Assembly (NCBI GenBank): GCA_051294375.1 | Contig: CM119263.1 | Span: 765,756-829,755, forward strand | Source of the DNA: Paraspadella gotoi | Taxonomy: Eukaryota; Animalia; Chaetognatha | Length of the DNA stretch: 64,000 nucleotides | Direction of reading: 5' to 3' | Shown here: positions 7,540-20,671 of the stretch, piece by piece | Numbering within the stretch: position 1 is the first letter of the stretch | Layout of the letters: every line of letters starts with the position of its first letter | The notes under the pieces: model-generated | Database searches by the model: none | What the model saw: only the letters and a program-made list of their open reading frames with translations | Told to the model about the DNA's origin: nothing | Program-made: the position numbers and the translations under genes

Positions 7540-8343
7540 TTTCCAGGAGATGCGTCAATGGTTTGTACGTAATTGAACTTATTTTCCCAAAACGCCCCTT
7601 TTCAACTTGAAATTCGGAATGGAATAAGTTTTTTTGGTTTAGAATTTAGCTTAAAGGTTCGGATTAAGGATTAGGCTACAAATTAAGTTTAGGTTTAAGT
7701 TAATAATTAGGGTTGGAGATTAGGGTAACGGATTAAGCCTAAAATTTAAAGATAAGGCCTAATCTTTAAATAGGGTTAAGGTAAGGGTTAAAAATTGAGT
7801 TAGGATTAGAGACTAAAAATAAGGTTTATATCATACCTTTTGAACTAAATTAGAATTGAAAGTAAATTTACGAATTAAGGAACAGAAATGTGGCGCTTTT
7901 GGTAAAGAGAGCACAAGTACTTTTCGGGAGATTTATACTGTTTGGTTTTATTGTTTATTCGCGAGTTCGAAAGACAAAGTGACTTTAACGTCGAAGAAAA
8001 ACAGAAGGTCGTCGACGCTGGGATTCGAACCCGGGACGACGACTTCGGTTCGCCGGCCTCTCGAGTCGGCGCCCTTTCGGGCGACGCCGGCGGAGAAAAG
8101 AGGGCGCCGATCGGGGGGAAGAGTCGATGACGCCGGTTCTAGAGCGAGAGAGAGAGAGAGAAAGAGATGGAGACGGAGTCGTGGAGGAGTTTGAAGGGTC
8201 GACGGACGGCCAGACGTACTGAGGGTTCTTTGCCCCGAGGTCGTCCTCCTCGCGAGTTGGCGACCTCGAGCGGATGATCGGAAGACGATTCCAGAGTCGA
8301 AGGGGAGAGAAGCGGGAGGTCAAGATCTTGGATCATATGTTGG

Positions 8344-8432
8344 GACGCGAAGAGGACGCGAAGAGGACGCGAAGAGGATGCGGAGAGGACGCGAAGAGGA
8401 CGCGAAGAGGACGCGAAGAGGATGCGAAGAGG
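8344..8432. repeat. 11-bp minisatellite (GACGCGAAGAG)n; duplicate at ~16738-16826
   Basis: Direct tandem units visible. Confidence 0.8.
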
Positions 8433-8714
8433 AAGCGTTTGAATTGGAAGTGAAGAGAATGGATAGAAAATCTTAAACGAAAAAAATATTTCAATTATAG
8501 TCATATTTTAATTAATAATTTCAAAAAAGTCTTCAAAATAATTATTATTTAGATTTACATTAGGAATTAGAAGGAATTAAGGAATTAAGCAATTAATTGC
8601 CATTATTAAGAAGTGAACAAATATTTTATAAGGAACTATGCGCATTTCTCTATGCGCGTTAATCTTATTGAATTTTATTCATTAATTGGTTACGAATACT
8701 TTACCATTTAATAA

Positions 8715-8880
8715 ACAACCAATATAAAAATTAATTTATTAATCTTGCTTCTATTTGGACAATGGACAGTTGGTTGAAAACCTTCATCTTTCAAGATAAA
8801 AACATAGAAGGACTTCAGAACCCAACAATTTTTTTAATCAAAACTCTACTACTAATTAGGTGGGTATTTAAGTTTGTTTA
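8715..8880 (-). mobile_element. Degenerate relic of family C repeat (duplicate at ~17110-17275)
   Basis: ACAACCAATATAAAAATTA...ATCTTG...TTTGGACA...CAAGATAA..ACATAG aligns with the family C unit; ribozyme core eroded. Confidence 0.55.
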
Positions 8881-9403
8881 CCATAGAAAGTATAAATAAA
8901 AACAAAATTATCAAAAAATAGTAGGAAGCGTGAGCATTGAGCATTTTACCAACTGAAAACTTAATATTTTTTGAGGTTATAGGAAAACAAAAATTAGATT
9001 TCGACAACTGAGTAGAACTATGGACGCCGTTTCTCCAGCGCTAAAGCGGCGCTCTTTCGACTTCCGGCGTCGATTCATCCTCCTCGGCGTCACTTTCGCG
9101 CAACTTTCCCCGTAGAAATGACGCCTCCTTATTGGTCGATAGCGCGGCCGACGTCGCCGATGAAAAGACCGTACCCGATTGGTCGGAGAGATAAGACGCA
9201 CGACTCCGATTGGACGAAAGAGATCGTGAGAAAGCGGATAAGATCTCTCGAAGCGACGAAATCTCGGCCGCTGATTGGTCCGCACGGATTCCAGGGTGGA
9301 AAAAAAAGAAACATCGTCGCAACCGGGACGCGAAAATCTATCGCTCGACTCTCGGGGAGAAAAAGCGAAGCGGGAAATTGAGCGAGAAATATGAAGGAGA
9401 GAG

Positions 9404-9481
<78 letters not shown>

Positions 9482-10498
9482 TAGCGGAAGAAGCGGCAAT
9501 CCTCTTCCAGGAAGCGGTTCACGAATAAGTAACCGCGAAAGGAACGATTGTGAAGGTGAAACAATGTGGTGAAGATCATTATTGATTTATATTGTTAAAT
9601 TGTTTTCAAAAAAAATAGTGGTGATTGTGGTGAATAGAAAAACAACTTTTGTGCAAGTGAAAACCATGATCAAAGTATTTGATTAAAAAGAATATTTTGA
9701 GGTAAAATATTTAGAATGGATAATTTAGTAGTAATATCAGTAGTATTTAGTAGTAATATCAGTAAGCGTTGGATATAAACTAAGCTAAACCTCATCTGCT
9801 CCAAACCAAAGGGGACGAGCCCAAACGAAAAGAGTGACAATCCGGTGAAACAACCGATGAGAAGCCGACCGCCTCAATCGGAAAGCAAAACCAAGGGAAG
9901 GAAATTTCTTTTCGAGTCACTGGAGGAACTTCACACTCTCAACACGGTTCCCTATTTTCTTTTCGGGGTGTCTAGGGAACCGTGTCAAAGAAGTGAAAGA
10001 ACTATATACTGTCTGGCATGAGGACTTTTTCTTTTCTCTTTCCATGGATAATTAAAAGTGATATTGAGGGCGGTTCAGCAATAATAATATGAGAAAGTCA
10101 TGCATTTTCGAATCTGGGTTTATTTTCCATACCGCGCTAAGTTTAGATAAGTTGGACCATTTTTTAAAAATCAGCTACTGTTAAATAACAGTAGCTGATT
10201 TTAGTGTTAGTTTTTCGTGTTATAGTATATTAGGCCAATGAAGAAAAAAAAATTATGTCGCGAAAAATTGGGATTTTTATCAACAGAAAATGATTTTTCG
10301 TTCGGTTGAATCACGAAATCAGATTTTTGTGAAAGTGATGAGAGTGAGAAGTGAGAAGTGAGGTGAATTTTTGAAAAAGAACTCATCGTAATTGCGAAAT
10401 CTGTGAAGCAAACTAATAAAAAACTTTACTATAAATACTTGTTACAGGAGAACTTGACGAGTAAGATTAAGAAGTAGCTCAACCGTGCTATGACTATA

Positions 10499-10746
10499 GG
10501 GATTTGATCCTTGGCTTCTTCGCTTTTAGGGGCCGGAGAAGCGGGGCAAACTGCCATCAGACGTTTTAAATAAATCTTACTTTTAATTTACATATATATT
10601 TACTTAAAAAACGATTTAATTGAATCATAATAAAAAGAGTCATCTCCCGGGATCGAATCGGGCCCCGAAAGCGAAGAAGTCGGGATCAAATCTCACAGAC
10701 CTTATTGAGTAAGGCCATGAGTTCTTGACCATTAGCTACTCGGATC
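10499..10746. mobile_element. Two inverted fragments of a possible tRNA-derived SINE
   Basis: GGATTTGATCC..CTTCTTCGCTTT..GGGGCC (10499-10534) is inverted at 10660-10692; the minus strand has an A-box-like TAGCTAATGG and a degenerate B box. Confidence 0.35.
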
Positions 10747-11035
10747 GATCCCAAGAAAGTACCTGCTTTCAAAAATATGAAAAAAAAAAATTTAAATTTT
10801 TTAAAATTTTTATGGTGAGTACTATGTATAAATATGGGCGTATGAAAAAATTGAAAAATAAAACAATCAATCATAACAATAATTGTCCGGCGCGCCCCGA
10901 GTGCTCTTTGTCAACTGCGAAGAAACATGATTACCGAAATGATTACGGTTCGGATATTCTGAGCCGCAAATTAAATTATGATAATTATGCATAGACTTTC
11001 GATTTCGTTGTTTTGGGATTTAGGAAAAACAGTTT

Positions 11036-11168
11036 TTTGAAATGTGGCAACGAATTTTTATGTAAGTCGGACATGTTTCGACTCTTTCAGTTTTAGAGTC
11101 TTCATCAGCTGTAAGAGTCGAAACATGTCCGACTTACTTGTCATAAAAATTCGTTGCCACATTTCAAA
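11036..11168 (-). mobile_element. Inverted repeat containing a minimal type-I hammerhead core; Penelope-like pLTR remnant
   Basis: ~50-bp arms. Minus strand CUGAUGA-A-GACUCU...AGAGUC-GAAACAUGUC spans 11108-11070. Confidence 0.65.
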
Positions 11169-11475
11169 TTAGCGAAACCATTTTGTTTTTTCTTAATTTT
11201 TGGAGATTTTGTCCTCAAAATGCATTTAAAGAAAATAGTGTTTTGTCGACGATACTAATAATATAAATCGAAACGCAAATGAAATTAATTAAATATTTAA
11301 AATTAGAAAACAATGAAGAAGATGAAGAAGAAAAGAGAAAAAATGAAACAAAGTTAACTTCCGAAGAAAGTAGAAAGAGGAGGAGGAGCAGTAGGAGGAG
11401 GAGGAGGAGGAGAAAGGTTTCTCTCACGCGACAAAGAGAAAAGTGAGAGTGAAGGAGAGTTAGTTAGAAAGAAGA

Positions 11476-11535
<60 letters not shown>

Positions 11536-11771
11536 GGTAGACTTAAAAAGCAATAATGAAATGTGAAAATAATAAGAGAAAAAACGAAAATAGTAGGATT
11601 ATGGAAATCAGTAATCTTTGGTTTTTCTCGTAATGATTCACATCGCACCTGTTGTCAAAGGATGGAGTTGGACATCGAGGGAACCATAAAAGTCCAACAC
11701 GTCGTCGTTGTTGTTGTTGCAATTATCGTCGGTGTCGTCGTTGTCGTCGTTTGTCGTCATCGTCGTCGGTA

Positions 11772-11802
<31 letters not shown>

Positions 11803-12105
11803 CGTCGATGTGGTCAATTCCTTATTCGCTTATTTTCATTGTAGTCAGTCATTGTTGTACAATGTAGCATTGACAATTGACATTATGTCAAAAATTGTTT
11901 TCAAAAAATTTTGACCCACTAGATAACTGACCACAACTCAGCTCACCCTTCATTCAACCACAAGACCTCACCCACTTAAACTCACCCACTCACCGTCCTT
12001 CAAAATCTTTTTTCTTTTTCCCTCTTTGCCTTCACAGTCAACAGGAATGACCAATCGTTTTTCACATAACTTATCCTCCTCTCTCTCTCTCTCTCTCCTC
12101 TCTCT

Positions 12106-12162
<57 letters not shown>

Positions 12163-12579
12163 CTCGACGGCGGTTCCTAAGCCTTTCCTGTCGGCCTCCC
12201 TTCATTCGCTCCATACATCTATTCGCTCTGTCATTAACATATAACAATAATTACTGTCTCTTCAATACAAAAATAAAAATGACGCGCTAATGAAAATTTA
12301 ATATCTCTCAAAAAAGTCTTTTTTGCCGGTTCGTGTAATTCAAGGAAAATAAAGAACGTTTAAATTCATTTACAAAGTGATCCTACCTAATGTTATTCTG
12401 ACCGGATCCCTGCATTTTAGTTATTCCGTTTCGTTCGTCTGGAAAATTACAATCAATGTACTTATATCATCAAACGGTTTGACGTCCGAGTTCATGTTTA
12501 AATGAAAATCGGTGTATTTTTAGCTTTGTAATTTTTTTTGGATTTTCATTTGTTACATCGCAGGACGAGAAAAACTCAC

Positions 12580-12687
12580 CCGATTTGGTTGCCTTGGCGA
12601 CGAGGACGCTTCTCGAAGATTTAAAGTCAACCACTCGGATTTGTCGTTTCTCTTGTCTCGCTCTGCACTGATCTTCAGAGAGCAAGC
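12580..12687 (-). CDS. EcR: NR1H/EcR-like hinge exon (copy 2)
   Basis: Identical to 4184-4291. Confidence 0.75.
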
Positions 12688-12760
12688 CTTTGATCAAAAG
12701 AATCACTCGGCTAAATATTTCTCACACTTATATCACGATGAAGTCACTCCGAATACTCAC

Positions 12761-13063
12761 ATTCTTCCCTCATGCCAACTTCCCGACACTTTTGCAAGCG
12801 ACACGCCTGACACTTTCGCCGCAGCCACATGTCCATCTGCGAGATGCAGCGGCCGCCATATTTGCAGCGGTAGGACTTGTCTGCACCGCGGGTGATTGAG
12901 CGGCGGAAGAAGCCTTTGCAGCCTTCGCAGGAGAGGGCGTTGTAGTGATACCCGGAGGCGCGGTCTCCGCAGATCAGGCACAGCTCTTCCTCGCCTTTCG
13001 TCGTCCCGTGTTTTCCCAAAGCAGCGCGACCTTTCTTTGAGCTGACGACGAACTTACTCGGAT
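12761..13063 (-). CDS. EcR: NR1H/EcR-like DBD exon (copy 2)
   Basis: Identical to 4365-4667. Confidence 0.88.
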
Positions 13064-13340
13064 CTAGGAATCGAAAATTAAGTTTAAGGTTGAAATGAGA
13101 TGAATTTATTATAAATATGAATTTAAATATGAATTTAAAATAAAAAGAAATTAAGATATAAACGCATAAAAGCTATTTTAAATTACTTAGTTAGTATTTT
13201 TATTATTTAAAATTATGATGTTTTATCAGTAAAATTTAGCAAAACTAGTAAAATTACGAAATGATAAAAACGATAATGATTTTGTAATTTTTGATTCATT
13301 TATTATGAATTTTTTTAAAATTTGTAATTATAACATATAT

Positions 13341-14060
13341 TCTGGTGGTCCTATCACCACAGATGGATTAAAGCTGTTTTCTCTCGCAGCGCCTCAGTGG
13401 CTCAGTGGACTAATGCACCATCCCAATGTGCGTCCCTGGTTCGAGCCCTGAGGTTGTCATGTAGAAAGTGGGATGGACCGGGTAACCCGCCTGTAGGCAT
13501 GGGCCTACTGCCAGATCCAAAGCTCTGGACTACATGAACATGCTGTCTCGCTGTCGCCACGAGGTGACACCGCTGCGGGTGTGGCGCCCTGTAAAACCAG
13601 CCTCTTCAATGGTGAGCCCGACGTGATATGAACACGCAACCCGGGCATGATAATACTCCTCTGCCCTTGATGTGGTTTGAGCTACGCAGCTGCCACTCAA
13701 AGCAAGGCCACCAGAATGAAGAGAGGTTCAGCGGAGAGACATGCGCTTCATCCCCTGCTTCGTACTCTCATATGCGAGAGTCCTGGGGCGGCTGTCTGGT
13801 GGTCCTATCACCACAGATGGATTAAAGCTGTTTCTCTCGCAGTGCCTCAGTGGCTCAGTGGACTAATGCACCATCCCAATGTGCGTCCCTGGTTCGAGCC
13901 CTGAGGTTGTCATGTAGAAAGTGGGATGGACCGGGTAACCCGCCTGTAGGCATGGGCCTACTGCCAGATCCAAAGCTCTGGACTACATGAACATGCTGTC
14001 TCGCTGTCGCCACGAGGTGACACCGCTGCGGTGTGGCGCCCTGTAAAACCAGCCTCTTCA
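13341..14060 (+). mobile_element. Family B twister LTR element (duplicate of 4946-5666); twisters at 13457-13537 and 13910-13990
   Basis: Same LTR/PBS/TSD structure and the same flanks. Confidence 0.85.
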
Positions 14061-14276
14061 ATATCTAAATTTTTTTTTTAGCTATCAAAATTCAAAACTC
14101 GTAAATAAAATGACTTAATTCCAATTGGATCATTGTGGACTCAAAAAAAAAGTAGTAAACAGAGAAAAGAATTTCATTGCAGAAAGTTTTATATAGCAAT
14201 TCCCTGTCTCTTTACTTAAATGATAGTAAATAAATGTTAAAATCGTGATACGGGAATTCCTCTTCACCGCCCTTAC

Positions 14277-14426
14277 CCAACGACTGCGTGGGAGCGAGGG
14301 TGTGGCAAGCTTCCGCTCCGCAGTCCGCCTTAAATCCGGCGCCGGCAAAGTGAACGAGTTGGGAAGATGGCGCCTCACGTGAGAAGGGAAATCCCGGTTC
14401 CATCGCCGCGTCGTGGGACGGACTCT
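14277..14426 (-). CDS. EcR: NR1H/EcR-like A/B exon (copy 2)
   Basis: Duplicate of 5884-6033. Confidence 0.62.
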
Positions 14427-14514
14427 CTGTGAGAAAGAATCGGGAATGAGTCATTTCTAAGAAATCATTTCGAATTTTTCAGAATTCGTGGCGGAAAAGA
14501 AAAAAAGGTCGTAC

Positions 14515-15374
14515 CTTCGAAGGAATATTTCAAAGACTCGTTGCTGTAGAGGCATCCGTAATAAAAATAATCGGATGATTGCTGATCTTGCTGATGTTGT
14601 TGTTGAAGCAAGTGGCGTTGATGCTGAAGCTGCAGGAGTGCCTCGTCGGACAGAGTCGCAGCATCGAAGGTCTCTCGAAGATGCGTTGCTTCCATCGAGT
14701 AAGAGTCGATCTCGTGCTTTATGCTCGGCTGCCCCTCGTCGCGCCTGTCGGGCTGTCCATCAGGCCGCCCGACGTGCCCAGTGGCTTGCCCGCTGGGCGT
14801 GCTCTCGAAGCGACCCGCCGGGCAGTCCGACCGAGAGGGCAATTGTTCTTCCGGAGATGGAAACGCGGCTTCAAGAGGAGGATAACCGGAAGCGAGGGTA
14901 GACGATTCCATATGAAGTCTGTGATTGTGATTATGATTGTGATGATTGTGATGATGAAGATGATGATGATCGTCCCAAGCGACTCCATCGTAGGGCAAGA
15001 CTTGTGATTCTGTCTGTCGTGATTCGACATGGAATGGTTCCATCGGATGTGAATCGACTGGGTAAGGGGAGGAGGAGGCGAAGATGGTAGGCGAGTGAAA
15101 GGAGGAGGTCGTGGAAGGAACCGGCGTCAACGCCGCTCCCAGGGACACGGCGTCTCTTTCCTCCAGCGCCGGTGGGCGCGCCGCTCTGCCGCACGGCAGC
15201 GAAGCAGACGCCGCAGCCTCGCAGGAGAGAGGAGAAGAGACGCCGTAATAAGAGACGCCGTGAGCGCCGCCGACGCCGTCAGCGCCGTGAGCGCCGTGGA
15301 CGCCGTGGACGCCGCCGACGCCGAGGGAAACGCCGATCGGGTAGAGAGATTCCGAGTAGTCATGGAGAGTGGCG
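14515..15374 (-). CDS. EcR: NR1H/EcR-like large A/B exon (copy 2, fully open)
   Basis: 860 nt, phase 2-1, no stops: ATLHDYSESLYPIG...DDHHHLHHHNHH...QQQHQQDQQ...LKYSFE. Confidence 0.62.
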
Positions 15375-15434
15375 CTGTGAGAGAGAGAGAGAGAGAGAGA
15401 GAAGAGAGAGAGAGAAGAGAGAGAAGAAAGAGAG

Positions 15435-15472
<38 letters not shown>

Positions 15473-15569
15473 AAGTAATTTAATGTTGTAATGTTATAAT
15501 GTTCTTTTGATATAAAGTTATTTTTTAAAAGACATCAATACGTCATCAACGACCATCACACAAAAAGAC

Positions 15570-15928
15570 CTGATTCCATTCTCATGATAAGATTCCATCT
15601 TGCAAGGCTCCTCCTCTGCCCCCTGCCGTCCAATCAGCGAGTAAGTTTGATCGACGGGCGACATTCCCGACGGAAGGTGGGATTCGCCGAGAATCGACGA
15701 CGACTGGCAAGAGGGTAAGTTAATCTCGGTCTGGCACTGAGCCGGATGGCACGGCGCCGTATGGCACGGCGCAGCTTCCGGCGACTTGTCGGCGTCGTCG
15801 TCTCCGTAGCGCCATCGCCGCATTTCCGGCGTGACGTCGGATTTGGCGTCGGTAACGTCGGCGCCGGAGAAAGACTCCAATCGCGGCGTCAAAATCAACG
15901 CCGAAAATCGAGATTCGACGGCGCTCAT
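15570..15928 (-). CDS. EcR: Putative first coding exon (copy 2)
   Basis: Duplicate of 7181-7539 with compensating 1-nt indels. Confidence 0.4.
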
Positions 15929-17779
15929 TTTCCAGGAGATGCGTCAATGGTTTGTACGTAATTGAACTTATTTTCCCAAAACGCCCCTTTTCAACTTGAA
16001 ATTCGGAATGGAATAAGTTTTTTTGGTTTAGAATTTAGCTTAAAGGTTCGGATTAAGGATTAGGCTACAAATTAAGTTTAGGTTTAAGTTAATAATTAGG
16101 GTTGGAGATTAGGGTAACGGATTAAGCCTAAAATTTAAAGATAAGGCCTAATCTTTAAATAGGGTTTAAGGTAAGGGTTAAAAATTGAGTTAGGATTAGA
16201 GACTAAAAATAAGGTTTATATCATACCTTTTGAACTAAATTAGAATTGAAAGTAAATTTACGAATTAAGGAACAGAAATGTGGCGCTTTTGGTAAAGAGA
16301 GCACAAGTACTTTTCGGGAGATTTATACTGTTTGGTTTTATTGTTTATTCGCGAGTTCGAAAGACAAAGTGACTTTAACGGTCGAAGAAAAACAGAAGGT
16401 CGTCGACGCTGGGATTCGAACCCGGGACGACGACTTCGGTTCGCCGGCCTCTCGAGTCGGCGCCCTTTCGGCGACGCCGGCGGAGAAAAGAGGGCGCCGA
16501 TCGGGGGGAAGAGTCGATGACGCCGGTTCTAGAGCGAACGAGAGAGAGAGAGAGAAAGAGATGGAGACGGAGTCGTGGAGGAGTTTGAAGGGTCGACGGA
16601 CGGCCAGACGTACTGAGGGTTCTTTGCCCCGAGGTCGTCCTCCTCGCGAGTTGGCGACCTCGAGCGGATGATCGGAAGACGATTCCAGAGTCGAAGGGGA
16701 GAGAAGCGGGAGGTCAAGATCTTGGATCATATGTTGGGACGCGAAGAGGACGCGAAGAGGACGCGAAGAGGATGCGGAGAGGACGCGAAGAGGACGCGAA
16801 GAGGACGCGAAGAGGATGCGAAGAGGAAGCGTTTGAATTGGAAGTGAAGAGAATGGATAGAAAATCTTAAACGAAAAAAATATTTCAATTATAGTCATTA
16901 TTTTAATTAATAATTTCAAAAAAGTCTTCAAATAATTATTATTTAGATTTACATTAGGAATTAAGAAGGAATTAAGGAATTAAGCAATTAATTGCCATTA
17001 TTAAGAAGTGAACAAATATTTTATAAGGAACTATGCGCATTTCTCTATGCGCGTTAATCTTATTGAATTTTATTCATTAATTGGTTACGAATACTTTACC
17101 ATTTAATAAACAACCAATATAAAAATTAATTTATTAATCTTGCTTCTATTTGGACAATGGACAGTTGGTTAAAACCTTCATCTTTCAAGATAAAAACATA
17201 GAAGGACTTCAGAACCCAACAATTTTTTTAATCAAAACTCTACTACTAATTAGGTGGGTATTTAAGTTTGTTTACCATAGAAAGTATAAATAAAAACAAA
17301 ATTATCAAAAAATAGTAGGAAGCGTGAGCATTGAGCATTTTACCAACTGAAAACTTAATATTTTTTGAGGTTATAGGAAAACAAAAATTAGATTTCGACA
17401 ACTGAGTAGAACTATGGACGCCGTTTCTCCAGCGCTAAAGCGGCGCTCTTTCGACTTCCGGCGTCGATTCATCCTCCTCGGCGTCACTTTCGCGCAACTT
17501 TCCCCGTAGAAATGACGCCTCCTTATTGGTCGATAGCGCGCCGACGTCGCCGATGAAAAGACCGTACCCGATTGGTCGGAGAGATAAGACGCACGACTCC
17601 GATTGGACGAAGAGATCGTGAGAAAGCGGATAAGATCTCTCGAAGCGACGAAATCTCGGCCGCTGATTGGTCCGCACGGATTCCAGGGGAAAAAAAAGAA
17701 CATCGTCGCAACCGGGACGCGAAAATCTATCGCTCGACTCTCGGGGGAGAAAAAGCGAAGCGGGAAATTGAGCGGAGAA

Positions 17780-17883
<104 letters not shown>

Positions 17884-19428
17884 TAGCGGAAGAAGCGGCA
17901 ATCCTCTTCCAGGAAGCGGTTCACGAATAAGTAACCGCGAAAGGAACGATTGTGAAGGTGAAACAATGTGGTGAAGATCATTATTGATTTATATTGTTAA
18001 ATTGTTTTCAAAAAAAATAGTGGTGATTGTGGTGAATAGAAAAACAACTTTTGTGCAAGTGAAAACCATGATCAAAGATTATTTGATTAAAAAGAATATT
18101 TTGAGGTAAAATATTCAGAATGGATAATTTAGTAGTAATATCAGTAGTATTTAGTAGTAATATCAGTAAGCGTTGGATATAACTAAGCTAAACCTCATCT
18201 GCTCCAAACCAAAGGGGACGAGCCCAAACGAAAAGAGTGACAATCCGGTGAAACAACCGATGAGAAGCCGACCGCCTCAATCGGAAAGCAAAACCAAGGG
18301 AAGGAAATTTCTTTTCGAGTCACTGGAGGAACTTCACACTCTCAACACGGTTCCCTATTTTCTTTTTCGGGGTGTCTAGGGAACCGTGTCAAAGAAGTGA
18401 AAGAACTATTACTGTCTGGCATGAGGACTTTTTCTTTTCTCTTTCCATGGATAATTAAAAGTGATATTGAGGGCGGTTCAGCAATAATAATTATGAGAAA
18501 GTCATGCATTTTCGAATCTGGGTTTATTTTCCATACCGCGCTAAGTTTAGATAAGTTGGACCATTTTTTAAAAATCAGCTACTGTTAATAACAGTAGCTG
18601 ATTTTAGTGTTAGTTTTTCGTGTTATAGATATTAGGCCAATGAAGAAAAAAAAATTATGTCGCGAAAAATTGGATTTTTATCACAGAAAATGATTTTTCG
18701 TTCGGTGAATCACGAAATCAGATTTTGTGAAAGTGATGAGAGTGAGAAGTGAGAAGTGAGGTGAATTTTTGAAAAGAACTCATCGTAATTGCGAATCTGT
18801 GAAGCAAACTAATAAAAACTTTACTATAAATACTTGTTACAGGAGAACTTGACGAGTAAGATTTAAGAAGTAGCTCAACCGTGCTATAGACTATAGGGAT
18901 TTGATCCTGGCTTCTTCGCTTTAGGGGCCGGAGAAGCGGGGCAAACTGCCATCAGACGTTTTAAATAAACTTACTTTTAATTTACATATATATTTACTTA
19001 AAAAACGATTTAATTGAATCATAATAAAAAGAGTCATCTCCCGGGATCGAATCGGGCCCCGAAAGCGAAGAAGTCGGGATCAAATCTCACAGACCTTATT
19101 GAGTAAGGCCATGAGTTCTTGACCATTAGCTACTCGGATCGATCCCAAGAAAGTACCTGCTTTCAAAAATATGAAAAAAAAAATTTAAATTTTTAAAATT
19201 TTTTATGGTGAGTACTATGTATAAATATGGGCGTATGAAAAAATTGAAAAATAAAACAATCAATCATAACAATAATTGTCCGGCGCGCCCCGAGTGCTCT
19301 TTGTCAACTGCGAAGAACATGATTACCGAAATGATTACGGTTCGGATATTCTGAGCCGCAAATTAAAATTATGATAATTATGCATAGACTTTCGATTTCG
19401 TTGTTTTGGGATTTAGGAAAAACAGTTT

Positions 19429-19561
19429 TTTGAAATGTGGCAACGAATTTTTATGTAAGTCGGACATGTTTCGACTCTTTCAGTTTTAGAGTCTTCATCA
19501 GCTGTAAGAGTCGAAACATGTCCGACTTACTTGTCATAAAAATTCGTTGCCACATTTCAAA
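19429..19561 (-). mobile_element. Hammerhead-containing inverted repeat (duplicate of 11036-11168)
   Basis: Identical sequence. Confidence 0.62.
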
Positions 19562-19858
19562 TTAGCGAAACCATTTTGTTTTTTCTTAATTTTTGGAGAT
19601 TTTGTCCTCAAAATGCATTTAAAGAAAATAGTGTTTTGTCGACGATATTAATAATATAAATCGAAACGCAAATGAAATTAATTAAATATTTAAAATTAGA
19701 AAACAATGAAGGAAGATGAAGAAGAAAAGAGAAAAAATGAAACAAAGTTAACTTCCGAAGAAGTAGAAAGAGGAGGAGGAGCAGTAGGAGGAGGAGGAGG
19801 AGGAGAAAGGTTTCTCTCACGCGACAAAGAGAAAAGTGAGAGTGAAGGAGAGTTAGTT

Positions 19859-19913
<55 letters not shown>

Positions 19914-20143
19914 CTTAAAAAGCAATAATGAAATGTGAAAATAATAAGAGAAAAACGAAAAATAGTAGGATTATGGAAATCAGTAATCTTTGGTTTTTCT
20001 CGTAATGATTCACATCGCACCTGTTGTCAAAGGATGGAGTTGGACATCGAGGGAACCATAAAAGTCCAACACGTCGTCGTTGTTGTTGTTGCAATTATCG
20101 TCGGTGTCGTCGTTGTCGTCGTTTGTCGTCATCGTCGTCGGTA

Positions 20144-20174
<31 letters not shown>

Positions 20175-20472
20175 CGTCGATGTGGTCAATTCCTTATTCG
20201 CTTATTTTCATTGTAGTAGTCATTGTTGTACAATGTACATTGACATTGACATTATGTCAAAAATTGTTTCAAAAATATTTTGACCCAACTAGATAACTGA
20301 CCACACCTCAGCTCACCCTTCATTCAACCACAAGACCTCACCCACTTAAACTCACCCACTCACCTCCTTCACAAATCTTTTTTCTTTTTCCCTCTTTTGC
20401 CTTCACAGTCCAACAGGAATGACCAATCGTTTCACATAACTTATCCTCTCTCTCTCTCTCTCTCCGTCTTCT

Positions 20473-20512
<40 letters not shown>

Positions 20513-20607
20513 GCTCGACGCGTTCCTAAGCCTTTCCTGTCGGCTCCCTTCATTCCGCTCATCATCTATTCGCATTGTTTTCTTTTCCTCGTTAATTTCT
20601 CGTTTTT

Positions 20608-20671
<64 letters not shown>

